Below are positions 29,940 to 38,552 of a stretch of DNA of 41,667 nt, piece after piece. Position 1 is the first letter of the stretch. Each line of letters opens with the position of its first letter. Source of the stretch: Candidatus Zixiibacteriota bacterium (lineage in GTDB: Bacteria > Zixibacteria > MSB-5A5 > CAIYYT01); contig JBECKX010000043.1 of the NCBI GenBank assembly GCA_040235515.1, positions 1-41,667 on the forward strand, written 5' to 3'. A program made the position numbers and the translations under genes. The notes below the pieces were generated by a model. The model was given only the letters and a program-made list of their open reading frames with translations. It had not been told where the DNA came from and ran no database searches.

Positions 29940-31733
29940 TTACCCACTAACCTGCTCTTCTAGTTCACTCCGCTCATACAACTCACGATAAAGTTCCGAG
30001 CGTTCCAGCAATTCATTGTGAGTTCCTCTGTCAGCAATGACACCGTCATCGAAGAGCAGAATCTGATCAGCCTTCTGCATCTCCTTCGTGCGATGCGTCA
30101 CGACGAAGCAAGTCATGTCGGGCATGACCTCGTCCAGCGCTGCCCACAGATGCTCCTCGGTTCGGGCATCAAGAGCAGAGGTGCAGTCATCCAGGATCAG
30201 GATCTTCGGCTTACGCGCCAGCGCACGCGCAATCGCTACGCGTTGCTTCTCACCACCGGAGATGTTAAGTCCGCGCGTTCCGATAAGCGTCTGCAGACCC
30301 TTCGGGAAGCGTTCCATCTGTTCCTGTAACTGGGCAAGCGCAATCAACTGGTTGATGTCATCATCGCTGGCGTCGTCACCACCGAAGCGAATGTTGTTCT
30401 CAAGTGTCTCGCTGAAGAGAATCGGCTCCTGCGGCACGTAGCCGATGATGTCGCGATAGCTCTCCAGTGGCAGGGTTCGTAAATCACGCCCATCAAGCCT
30501 GACGCTGCCCTGTGTCGGGTCGATCGTACGGGTCAACAGGTTAACGATCGTACTCTTACCGCTGCCGACGCGACCCACGAGGGCGACTGTCTCACCACGG
30601 TTCACCTGGAAGGTAACATCATGCACTGCTTCGCGACCCTGCTCACCGTAACCGAAGGTGACCTGTTCGAAGTTGATAGTCTCGAAATCAACCGTAACGG
30701 TGTCGGTCGCGTGGTTAACCACCATCGGCGGGAATGTCTCGATCTCCTGCAAACGTCCGATGCTTACCGCTGATTGGCGTCCTTTCACGAGGAACGCGCC
30801 GATGTCAAACATCGGGTATACCATGATGCGCAGGAACACGAGGAACGCTACGAAGTCACCGATAGTGATCGCGCCGGTCACGGCCATCGCGCCACCAAAC
30901 AGCACTACGAGGAAAAACCCGAACTGCCAGATATGGGTATAGAGCATCTCGATCGCCGACCACGCCCGCACCGCCTTTATCTCGGCGCCGCGGCGTTCGG
31001 TGATGATCTTCGCAAACTTGGCGCGCCACGCTTTCTCACGGCTGTACGCCTTGATCACACGCATTCCGGAGAAGGCGGCCTCCATCGTGCTGTTCACGAG
31101 CGATATCCTTGACTGCAACCAGTCGAAACGTTTGTCGAGCTTGGTCGAGGTCAGCATATACACAACGATCAGCACCGGCAGAGGAGTCATCGTGTAGAGC
31201 GTCAACCTCGCGTCGAGAGTCAGCATATTGAAGAGCCCGAATCCCACCAGCAGGATCGCTTCGTAGAAGCGGAAGATGCCGGAGCAGGCAAACCACGACA
31301 ACTTCTCCGCGACGTCATCGGTCATGCGCGTCACCAGATCACCGGTTCGGAACCTGTTAAAGAAGTCAGGGCCCATCACGGTAGTGGAATCGAACGCCCG
31401 CTGACGGAAATACCACTCCAGTCGCATATTCATATAGGCTCGTGTTCCCTGCAGCGCGATGTAAATCATCAGGGTTGCAATCGCGAAGAGCATCAGGATC
31501 AGCACGGCGCCGCCGATCTGCGAAAAACCGAGCGACTGCACCCAGCTCTCCATGAACTTCAGGTAGGAGGGCATCCGCGCATCATCTCCGGAGATCGAAT
31601 CGAAGATGTACTTCAGGATCAGCGGGTTGATCATGAAGACCACCGCATGAATCGGAGTCAGGATGATCATCAACGCCAACTGCGGCTTATAGTCGCTGTA
31701 GGCTTGCGCCAGCCATTTAATCTTCTGCCACAT
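29940..31733 (-). CDS. ABC exporter half-transporter (TMD+NBD), degenerate Walker B
   Basis: RTGDLVTRMTDD, GRVGSGKS, ISGGEKQR, ILILDD and VTHR. Confidence 0.93.
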   Translation of the reverse strand: MWQKIKWLAQAYSDYKPQLALMIILTPIHAVVFMINPLILKYIFDSISGDDARMPSYLKFMESWVQSLGFSQIGGAVLILMLFAIATLMIYIALQGTRAYMNMRLEWYFRQRAFDSTTVMGPDFFNRFRTGDLVTRMTDDVAEKLSWFACSGIFRFYEAILLVGFGLFNMLTLDARLTLYTMTPLPVLIVVYMLTSTKLDKRFDWLQSRISLVNSTMEAAFSGMRVIKAYSREKAWRAKFAKIITERRGAEIKAVRAWSAIEMLYTHIWQFGFFLVVLFGGAMAVTGAITIGDFVAFLVFLRIMVYPMFDIGAFLVKGRQSAVSIGRLQEIETFPPMVVNHATDTVTVDFETINFEQVTFGYGEQGREAVHDVTFQVNRGETVALVGRVGSGKSTIVNLLTRTIDPTQGSVRLDGRDLRTLPLESYRDIIGYVPQEPILFSETLENNIRFGGDDASDDDINQLIALAQLQEQMERFPKGLQTLIGTRGLNISGGEKQRVAIARALARKPKILILDDCTSALDARTEEHLWAALDEVMPDMTCFVVTHRTKEMQKADQILLFDDGVIADRGTHNELLERSELYRELYERSELEEQVSG

Positions 31734-31749
31734 AGTTTAGTCCAGTCTA

Positions 31750-33690
31750 TTACCTCACTGTGACCGCATCGGAATCAGGTTCCGGGTCGGTCGCAGCGTT
31801 GATTTCAGTTTCCGATCCCGACTTCATAAACTGCAGTCGGAAAAGTTTCTCGTAGTAGCCGCCCTGGGCAAGCAATTCAGCGTGATTACCGCGCTCGATG
31901 ATCTCGCCGTTACGGATCACGAGGATTTTGTCGGCATCCAGAATCGTCGAGAGGCGATGCGCGATAATCACCGAGGTCCGACCTTTCAGGAGTCGCTTGA
32001 GCGCGGCCTGAATCCGGCGTTCGGTGTCGGGATCAACCGAACTGGTCGCTTCATCGAGCAGCAGAATCTGCGGATTGAAGACCATCGCCCGCGCGAATGA
32101 GAGCAACTGCCGCTCACCGCGACTCAGGTTGCCGCCTCGTTCCGCTACCTCGGTATCGAAGCGCTCCGGCAGTCGATCGATGAAGCGGTCCGCGGTCACG
32201 ATCTTTGTCGTCGACTGCAGCAACTCATCCGTCACACCCTCATGCTCCAGCGTGATATTCTCCCGAATGTTGCCGGGGAAGAGGAAGATATCTTGCAAAA
32301 CGAGGCCGAACTTGGCGCGCAGGTCGTTGATACCGATATCGCGGATGTCGACGCCGTCGAGCGTAATCGATCCACGCGTGCGGTCGTAAAAGCGAAGCAG
32401 CAGATTGATGATCGTGCTCTTGCCGCCACCGGTCATTCCGACCAGAGCGACCTTCTCGCCTTTCCTGATCTCCAGAGTGACATCCTTCAGGGCGTAGTTG
32501 TCATCGTTCGAGTATGAGAAACTGACATCCTCGAATTTGATGACATCCTCGAACGACTCCCAACGCGTCGGCGTAGCGGCTTCAACGATTCGCTCATTGT
32601 TTTTCAACAAGGCGAAAATCCTGCGTGCTCCGGCGATCGCCTGCTGGACGATATGCAGCTCTTCGGAGGCGCGATAAATCGGCTCGAAGAAGCGTTCGAT
32701 GTACATGATGAACGCGATCACGATACCGGCGGTGACACCATCCTCAGCGCCTGCGGCACCGACGCCTCGGAGCACCATGTTGGCACCGATCAGCACCACG
32801 GCGGCGATCACGACGCGCTGCAGGAAGTACATGCTGTTGAAGAACATCACGTTGGAGACATGCGTCTCAGCGTCCTTGCGGAACTTCCGTCTGTTCAGGT
32901 CCCACATCCGTTGCTTGATCGTATCCTGGCGATTGAACACCTGCACGATCGGCATCCCCTGCAGTAACTCGGTCAGTCCGGCGAGGATATCAGCCATGAA
33001 TTTGCGCACCTGCAGGAACCGGGGCGTGGTGTAGCGCTGATAAAGCCAGACTAACACCGCTGCCAGCGGCGATACCGCCAGCACCACCAGCGTCAATTGC
33101 CAGTTGTAAATGAACATGGCAGTCAGCATACCGATCAGCAGCAGGATGTCGCGTACCACCATCACGACGATGTTCGTGAAGAGCTGGCGCAGCGACTCGC
33201 CATCCGACTCAACGCGCGAGAGGAGTCGGCCCACCGGATTCTTGTCGAAAAACGCGATACTCAACCCCATCAGATGGTCGAAGCAGCGACGTTTGAGTGA
33301 CGTGATCACATCCTGGCCGACGATCTCCAGGTGTACCCGTTGAGCGTATTCGACTGAGGCCCCAACGATGAATGAGATCAGAAACGCCAGCGCGCAGAGC
33401 ATCATCGCGGTGGAAGCTGACCCCACCAGCGTTTCGACCGCTGTTGCCGCAGAACTCGAAGGGAGGGCAGCCTCACTCAGGTTCGAGTAATTGTTCGCGG
33501 CCACAGCAATGTCTGTTGCCTGCTGGATCAGGATCGGCCCCACGACCGCCATCGCGGTCGCGATGATCATCAACACCAGGTTGATCACCAGCCGCTTACG
33601 ATGAGGTTTCAGCAGCGGCAGCAACCCGCGAAAGGCGGTTCGCGCCGGAATTGCGTTCTCTTGTTCATCCTGGAAGTATGCTGTATTCAT
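31750..33690 (-). CDS. ABC exporter half-transporter (TMD+NBD), canonical Walker B
   Basis: FFDKNPVGRLLSRV, GMTGGGKS, LSRGERQLL, LLLDEATS and IAHRLST. Confidence 0.93.
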   Translation of the reverse strand: MNTAYFQDEQENAIPARTAFRGLLPLLKPHRKRLVINLVLMIIATAMAVVGPILIQQATDIAVAANNYSNLSEAALPSSSAATAVETLVGSASTAMMLCALAFLISFIVGASVEYAQRVHLEIVGQDVITSLKRRCFDHLMGLSIAFFDKNPVGRLLSRVESDGESLRQLFTNIVVMVVRDILLLIGMLTAMFIYNWQLTLVVLAVSPLAAVLVWLYQRYTTPRFLQVRKFMADILAGLTELLQGMPIVQVFNRQDTIKQRMWDLNRRKFRKDAETHVSNVMFFNSMYFLQRVVIAAVVLIGANMVLRGVGAAGAEDGVTAGIVIAFIMYIERFFEPIYRASEELHIVQQAIAGARRIFALLKNNERIVEAATPTRWESFEDVIKFEDVSFSYSNDDNYALKDVTLEIRKGEKVALVGMTGGGKSTIINLLLRFYDRTRGSITLDGVDIRDIGINDLRAKFGLVLQDIFLFPGNIRENITLEHEGVTDELLQSTTKIVTADRFIDRLPERFDTEVAERGGNLSRGERQLLSFARAMVFNPQILLLDEATSSVDPDTERRIQAALKRLLKGRTSVIIAHRLSTILDADKILVIRNGEIIERGNHAELLAQGGYYEKLFRLQFMKSGSETEINAATDPEPDSDAVTVR

Positions 33691-33791
33691 TTTAGTTTCC
33701 TGCCTATCCTGATTCTCAAACTAACTCCGTACTTACCGGTTTCGCTGCGCCACCACCTGTTGCCTCAGAGCGGGGCTCGAAAAGGAGGCAC

Positions 33792-33825
33792 AAAAAAACC
33801 GGACCCTTCACTCAAGGGTCCGGTT
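33792..33825 (-). terminator. Intrinsic terminator in the 5' leader of the ABC operon (attenuator)
   Basis: Minus strand reads AACCGGACCCTT-GAGTG-AAGGGTCCGG-TTTTTTT, about 100 nt upstream of the ABC start and downstream of its promoter. Confidence 0.85.
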
Positions 33826-33853
33826 CGTGAAATCACGCAGATAATGCCTGGTT

Positions 33854-33958
33854 TCATGATCGTAAAAGCCTCGCACGACTTTGACGAGACAGGACCCTCG
33901 TTACTGGGCACACCATGCCTAGCGGCTGGTTAGTAACTATGCGTCGGAAATTAATCAT
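33854..33958 (-). CDS. Putative 34-aa leader peptide
   Basis: GGGAGG SD, then ATG 33958, encoding MINFRRIVTNQPLGMVCPVTRVLSRQSRARLLRS*. Ends 28 nt before the terminator hairpin. Confidence 0.55.
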   Translation of the reverse strand: MINFRRIVTNQPLGMVCPVTRVLSRQSRARLLRS

Positions 33959-34049
33959 CTGAGTCTCTGCCTCCCAGCTTGGAGGGATCATGAATTATAG
34001 GTAAATCGAACTGATAACTTCGTAAGCCGAAATTGGCTTGAGTTTGCCA

Positions 34050-34077
34050 ATAATAGCTCGACATCGAAAAGTGTCAA
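34050..34077 (-). promoter_or_regulatory. Sigma70-type promoter for the leader/ABC operon
   Basis: Minus strand TTGACA (34077-34072), 16-nt spacer, TATTAT (34055-34050). Confidence 0.65.
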
Positions 34078-34372
34078 GAAAAAAATCTGAGGATTCTTTT
34101 CTCAGCGGGATTTCAAACATTCCTGATGACACGATCCAGCGAGGACTCCTTGTGCATAATCAGTTGTAGGCGAATGAGATATACTTTGGCGTCGGGATCA
34201 TCAAAGGCCTGCAATAAAGTTTTGTTAGCAGTGTGGATTGGAGCTGAGCCGGCATCAGATTCCAGAATTTCCTTGCGCCTTGAGGGGGATAGCCCGAATT
34301 TCATTCGTAAATGCAATCACACGTTTTTAGATAATAAGACTGAAGCCCGAACAAATTCAGGGGAGGAAAACA

Positions 34373-35254
34373 GTGGAAGATCAACAGGACGCTTCGCGGA
34401 TTAACGCAGGCATGGGAGTGGGGGATGCGATCAAGCACGCATTCATTGTTTCCTGGAAGTACAAGTGGTTCTGGCCGCTGGGGTTCATCCTCAATCCCCA
34501 GATTGTCGGTGTCAGCTACTACAATGGAAAGCCAGATTTCGAACGGTTGTTTGAATCGGGGGAGATTTTCCTCTGGATCGGCGTGATCGGACTGTTCGCG
34601 TTCTTCCTGAGCCTGGCCGCAGCCCTGGTCCAGCCGACCTTAATCCTGGCTGTCGATCAGTATCGGCAGGGAAGATCGTCCCGATTCAAGGAGACGATCC
34701 GCGCAGGCTTTGACAGTTTTCTGCCATGCTGGCTGATGGGGTTGCTCTGGTTGGTTGTGGGTATCGCTGCCATGATCATTCTTGTAGTCCCGGTAGCATT
34801 GGCATTTGCCGCATCGCCGGTGGCAGGGGTGCTGGTGATGATGCCGGTTCTGCTCGTGTTGATGGTTGGGGGCTTTCTGCTCATGCCGATAATCTATTTC
34901 GGCTATCGCCACCTCGTCCTCGAGCGGTTGGGAATAATCGCGAGCATCAAGGCCGGGTACAGGACCTTTTTGGAGATGAAGGGCCGGGCGATCGGAACCC
35001 TGCTGGCGACTTTGGCGATAATTTTCGGGGTCAATGTTGTGATCGGGATACCATCCGGGATTGTCCAGATCAGCACGCAGCTTGGCGGGTTTACCGATTC
35101 TCCCGCCTATGCGTTCTATCTTCTGTTTGCGCTTGGTTTCTCGATAGTGTTTCACGGATACTTTCAGGCATTCAGTTCAGCGGTATGGACACTGGTGTTT
35201 CCCGCGTTCGGAAGTGAGCTGGAAACTGTCGCGGAAGTGGAAAGTCGTCCATAG
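34373..35254 (+). CDS. Hypothetical polytopic membrane protein
   Basis: GTG start after GGGGAGG; about 6 TM segments. Confidence 0.75.
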   Translation: MEDQQDASRINAGMGVGDAIKHAFIVSWKYKWFWPLGFILNPQIVGVSYYNGKPDFERLFESGEIFLWIGVIGLFAFFLSLAAALVQPTLILAVDQYRQGRSSRFKETIRAGFDSFLPCWLMGLLWLVVGIAAMIILVVPVALAFAASPVAGVLVMMPVLLVLMVGGFLLMPIIYFGYRHLVLERLGIIASIKAGYRTFLEMKGRAIGTLLATLAIIFGVNVVIGIPSGIVQISTQLGGFTDSPAYAFYLLFALGFSIVFHGYFQAFSSAVWTLVFPAFGSELETVAEVESRP

Positions 35255-35441
35255 GGCTGCAGATTTCCGGAACATTTGTCGACTCTTTTCGCTATACTAC
35301 GTGGCAAGCTATGAGATTCCCGCGCCTTGCGGAAATCGGCAAACCTGAGACGAATCGGCATGGCTGAGTTGAGAAGCTCCTGAACCGTGTCGGTGCGCGG
35401 CAAGCGGGATGAGTCCTGATTTGCCGCGACAGCAAGATCTT

Positions 35442-35803
35442 GGGGGTGACCTGGTTTCGACGGGGTTACTGGGGATTAGCCTGCGCGCCGAGATTGTGTC
35501 AATCTCGTTAAACGGGCACAAACCAATTTAAATGGCAACAACTACGCCATTGCTGCCTAATTAGCTGGTAGCTGTCTGCCGTGGGGCCCGCCGTCAGGCG
35601 CCGCGACCAGGCATCAACAATTGACGGCTAGCTTCAAGGCTCGGCTTTGCGGCCGCGAAGTGAAGATTTTTTAGCGAAGCTGGTTTACGGGTAGCGTTGT
35701 CTTCCCGCGATCCCGTAGACGAGATATAAAAGGAAGAACACGCGCGTAGAGGGTTAGTTGACGGTTTCTTCGGACGGGGGTTCGATTCCCCCCACCTCCA
35801 CCA
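35442..35803 (+). ncRNA. ssrA: tmRNA
   Basis: 5' GGGGGTG pairs with 3' CACCTCC-A-CCA, with the G3.U alanine determinant. T-arm GGGGG-TTCGATT-CCCCC. Internal tag ORF 35534-35560 encodes GNNYAIAA*. Length 362 nt. Confidence 0.95.
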
Positions 35804-35918
35804 AAATTTATTTTCCCTAACTCATTGAAAGTTAACGGTAAGTGTCTGAAAAACAGGCACTTTTGCACCTATCCTTGCCTGAATAACGCCGAATATCGTG
35901 CAATAACTTACGACGATC

Positions 35919-35981
35919 ATGGTCACAATATGGTCACAATGATCCTGCAAAAGTGGTCCCACCAGACTACATTGTGACCAT
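35919..35981. repeat. 11-bp integrase arm-type site candidates
   Basis: ATGGTCACAAT at 35919-35929 and 35930-35940 (tandem), and an exact inverted copy ATTGTGACCAT at 35971-35981. Confidence 0.75.
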
Positions 35982-36990
35982 GGCAAGTCTCTTTCAAAGG
36001 CACGGGATTTACTGGATCGACTACCGTGTAAGCGGAAAGCGATTTCGGATTTCAACCGGGACCACAAATAAGCAGCATGCCTTGGTCAAATTGGAGGATC
36101 TGAAGGTCAAACTCTTCAAGGGCGAGATCGGAGCCAAGAAGCTGACCGGGCGGAAGTCCTCGGTCACCGAATTCTTCCAGCGCTATGAGGGCTATTTCCG
36201 TAACGGCAGTAGCGTTGACCGCCATCCCGACATCGCTCGCTTGCAGGCTTGGCACAGCTTTTTCGTCAAGAATGGGGTCCGACACTTGGCCAGCATCACG
36301 CCCGGCCTAGTGGACACGTTCCGAATGGAGGAACTGGAAGGCAGAAAGCCCAAGACAATCAAAAACTACATTTCTCTCCTGAAGACAACTCTGAACAAAG
36401 CGGTCGAATGGGACTTGATCGATCAGAATCCCATCGCCAACGTCTCTGTCTCGAAGATTGTCAAGACCTTCAACTTTTTCAGCAAAGACGAGATTGCCCA
36501 GCTTCTCAAGGTGGCGGATCCCGAGGTTCGCACCGGAATCCAGATTCTGGTTTCGACTGGTATGCGAAGAGGGGAGTTGTTTCACTTAAGGTGTCGAGAC
36601 GTTGATCTGAAGAGTGGTAGTATTCGGGTGTGGCCCTATGGCGAATACTCACCGAAGGGAAAGCGACCGCGAACGATTCCAATGACAGCAGAGATCAAGA
36701 AGATTTTCTCAAGGTTGCTGAAGGATAAGAAACCGGATGATTATGCCTTTCGGCCCTATGTCAGCGAGAATCGACTCTATAAGCGATTTGCCGAACTGCT
36801 GAAGGAATTGGAGATGAGGGGCACACTCCATGACCTCCGCCACACCTTTGCTTCACACCTAGCCATGGAGGGGGTACCGATTCCAGTGATCAAAGAATTG
36901 CTGGGGCACTCAAATATCTCGACTACAATGATGTATGCACACCTATCGCCGGAAGTTCACAAAGCAGCTGTAGACAAGTTACCTTTTTAG
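35980..36990 (+). CDS. Tyrosine recombinase / integrase
   Basis: N-terminal arm-binding-like domain (YWIDYRVSGKRFRISTGT), TGMRRGE (R), PKGK (K), HDLRH, LLGH and MMYAH (Y). The ORF track starts it at GTG 35953; ATG 35980 is more likely. Confidence 0.95.
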   Translation: MASLFQRHGIYWIDYRVSGKRFRISTGTTNKQHALVKLEDLKVKLFKGEIGAKKLTGRKSSVTEFFQRYEGYFRNGSSVDRHPDIARLQAWHSFFVKNGVRHLASITPGLVDTFRMEELEGRKPKTIKNYISLLKTTLNKAVEWDLIDQNPIANVSVSKIVKTFNFFSKDEIAQLLKVADPEVRTGIQILVSTGMRRGELFHLRCRDVDLKSGSIRVWPYGEYSPKGKRPRTIPMTAEIKKIFSRLLKDKKPDDYAFRPYVSENRLYKRFAELLKELEMRGTLHDLRHTFASHLAMEGVPIPVIKELLGHSNISTTMMYAHLSPEVHKAAVDKLPF

Positions 36991-37154
36991 CCATTGTCAG
37001 CAAGAACATCAATCCCTCTGCCCTTTTGCTCTTGATAAATGTCCATAAGTGTCTCAGCAAAGCGGCTCACGTTTTCTAAACACTCAATAGCATCTTCTGT
37101 TGTCAGTTCCTCGTCGTATTTGTCCTGAAAGAGAGTCTTGGTTTTCTGAATCAT
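36987..37154 (-). CDS. Small acidic helical hypothetical protein (55 aa)
   Basis: MIQKTKTLFQDKYDEELTTEDAIECLENVSRFAETLMDIYQEQKGRGIDVLADNG*; GGAG upstream; its stop overlaps the integrase stop. Not in the ORF track. Confidence 0.5.
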   Translation of the reverse strand: MIQKTKTLFQDKYDEELTTEDAIECLENVSRFAETLMDIYQEQKGRGIDVLADNG

Positions 37155-37174
37155 CTCATCACTCCACTAAGTCA

Positions 37175-37345
37175 TTACCCCCTCCCCTTTGATGCAGGAA
37201 CATTCCTGGCGATGAGTTCCTCTACCCAGTCCTGCATAGTAAGATTCTCGTTGGCAACCTGTATCCGCAATCTCTGATGAAGTTCCTCACTCAGTCGAAT
37301 GTGAATCATCTTCGGTTTCGTATGGGTCGTTTTCTCTCTCGGCAT
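37175..37345 (-). CDS. Ribbon-helix-helix DNA-binding protein (56 aa)
   Basis: MPREKTTHTKPKMIHIRLSEELHQRLRIQVANENLTMQDWVEELIARNVPASKGRG*. Alternating beta ribbon (MIHIRL), then helix A (SEELHQRLRIQV) and helix B (TMQDWVEELI). AAGGA SD. Not in the ORF track. Confidence 0.75.
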   Translation of the reverse strand: MPREKTTHTKPKMIHIRLSEELHQRLRIQVANENLTMQDWVEELIARNVPASKGRG

Positions 37346-37394
37346 AGACGTCGTCCTTGATTTTGGTGTTCAGTTATAAATATAGCTTGCGCAA

Positions 37395-38552
37395 GTGACC
37401 GAAGCCAGCTATTTTTGCCTCATGGGAATTCTGAGTGACACTTTAGAGGACAATAAAGAGCGGGCTGGGCAGCTTCTCCAATCGATAGCGCCGTTGCCGA
37501 CTCCCTCCTGGGAGGTGCACTCGCCCAAGTTGGAAAGGTGTAGCTTGTGCGGACGGCAGTTGCCAGCAGACGACATTCCGGCGCATATGTACAGTCATGC
37601 CGGTGTTAGTTCCTATGTTGTAGCCAACAACCAAATCGTCCGCGATGTTGCCTATGTGGACAAGCGCTTAGAATCCTTGGATGTTTGTACCTTGGGACAG
37701 GAGCCTGCCGAAGTCGAAGTGAGCGTGAGCGGCGATATATATTGGGTTGGCGACGTAAAAGGGCAATACTCTTTTGGAGACCAATTCAGGAAGCTGACTG
37801 ATGGGGAGCTTGTGGTTAGAATAGTCGACTTCAATGGAAAGCGGCTCCATAGGCTCTACATCGGAAGTCCACCGGTCCTAAGATGCCTTGAAATCGACCG
37901 TTTTGCCTTCGAGTACCTCTTTCGTCTCCTCAACAGGAGTTGTGATCCTGAATACGATCGGTACATGTCTGAAGTCGCAGAGCTTAACCCGTCACCGCCT
38001 GAAGAACTCTACCGGAACGCGCTTTATGACTTTGCCACTGGATATAGGCTGGTTCAGTGCAATAAGTCTCAAAGCGGACACCTGGAGTCTGCCTTATATG
38101 GGCTATCACGGTTTAAGACCAAGTTTGCAGTTACCGGTAAAAGAATACTCGCGTTGCGCATGAACTGTTTTGGCCTTCTCAGTGACTGTGAACCAACTTC
38201 TCGCTTCTTTCTCTCGGGTCTCCTTTTCGGTCAACCGTTCGATGCCCGAGAAAAGGCATACTCAGCAGAGATTTTTGATTCAGAATATGGGGTATATATT
38301 GATGCAATTACCGAGAAATTGCTAGAGGCGGTCAGTGCCTATTACGCTGCGGATGCAGCAATTTTTCAACGGATAGTAAAGGATCTGTGGGAGATTGTCC
38401 CTGAATACGACACCAATAGTCATGTGAAAATTCTGCTCCTCACGGCACGCCATTGGAGGCGCGCGGGTAATACAAACGAGGCTCGAGTTAACTACGCAAA
38501 ACTTATAAATGACCCCGACTTTGGTCGCGAAGCACAGGGATTCCTTTCATGA
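37395..38552 (+). CDS. Hypothetical protein with C2H2-like Zn finger and helical (TPR-like) C-terminus
   Basis: CSLC-x11-HMYSH motif, beta-rich middle and helical C-terminal half. Start may be ATG 37422. Confidence 0.75.
   Translation: MTEASYFCLMGILSDTLEDNKERAGQLLQSIAPLPTPSWEVHSPKLERCSLCGRQLPADDIPAHMYSHAGVSSYVVANNQIVRDVAYVDKRLESLDVCTLGQEPAEVEVSVSGDIYWVGDVKGQYSFGDQFRKLTDGELVVRIVDFNGKRLHRLYIGSPPVLRCLEIDRFAFEYLFRLLNRSCDPEYDRYMSEVAELNPSPPEELYRNALYDFATGYRLVQCNKSQSGHLESALYGLSRFKTKFAVTGKRILALRMNCFGLLSDCEPTSRFFLSGLLFGQPFDAREKAYSAEIFDSEYGVYIDAITEKLLEAVSAYYAADAAIFQRIVKDLWEIVPEYDTNSHVKILLLTARHWRRAGNTNEARVNYAKLINDPDFGREAQGFLS

Noticed and set aside
29940..31733. Inactive ABC gene because Walker B reads LDD
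   Set aside because: A degenerate site is normal for heterodimeric exporters; the partner supplies the canonical LDE.
35760..35803. tRNA gene
   Set aside because: The T-arm and CCA belong to the tRNA-like domain of tmRNA; there is no anticodon arm.
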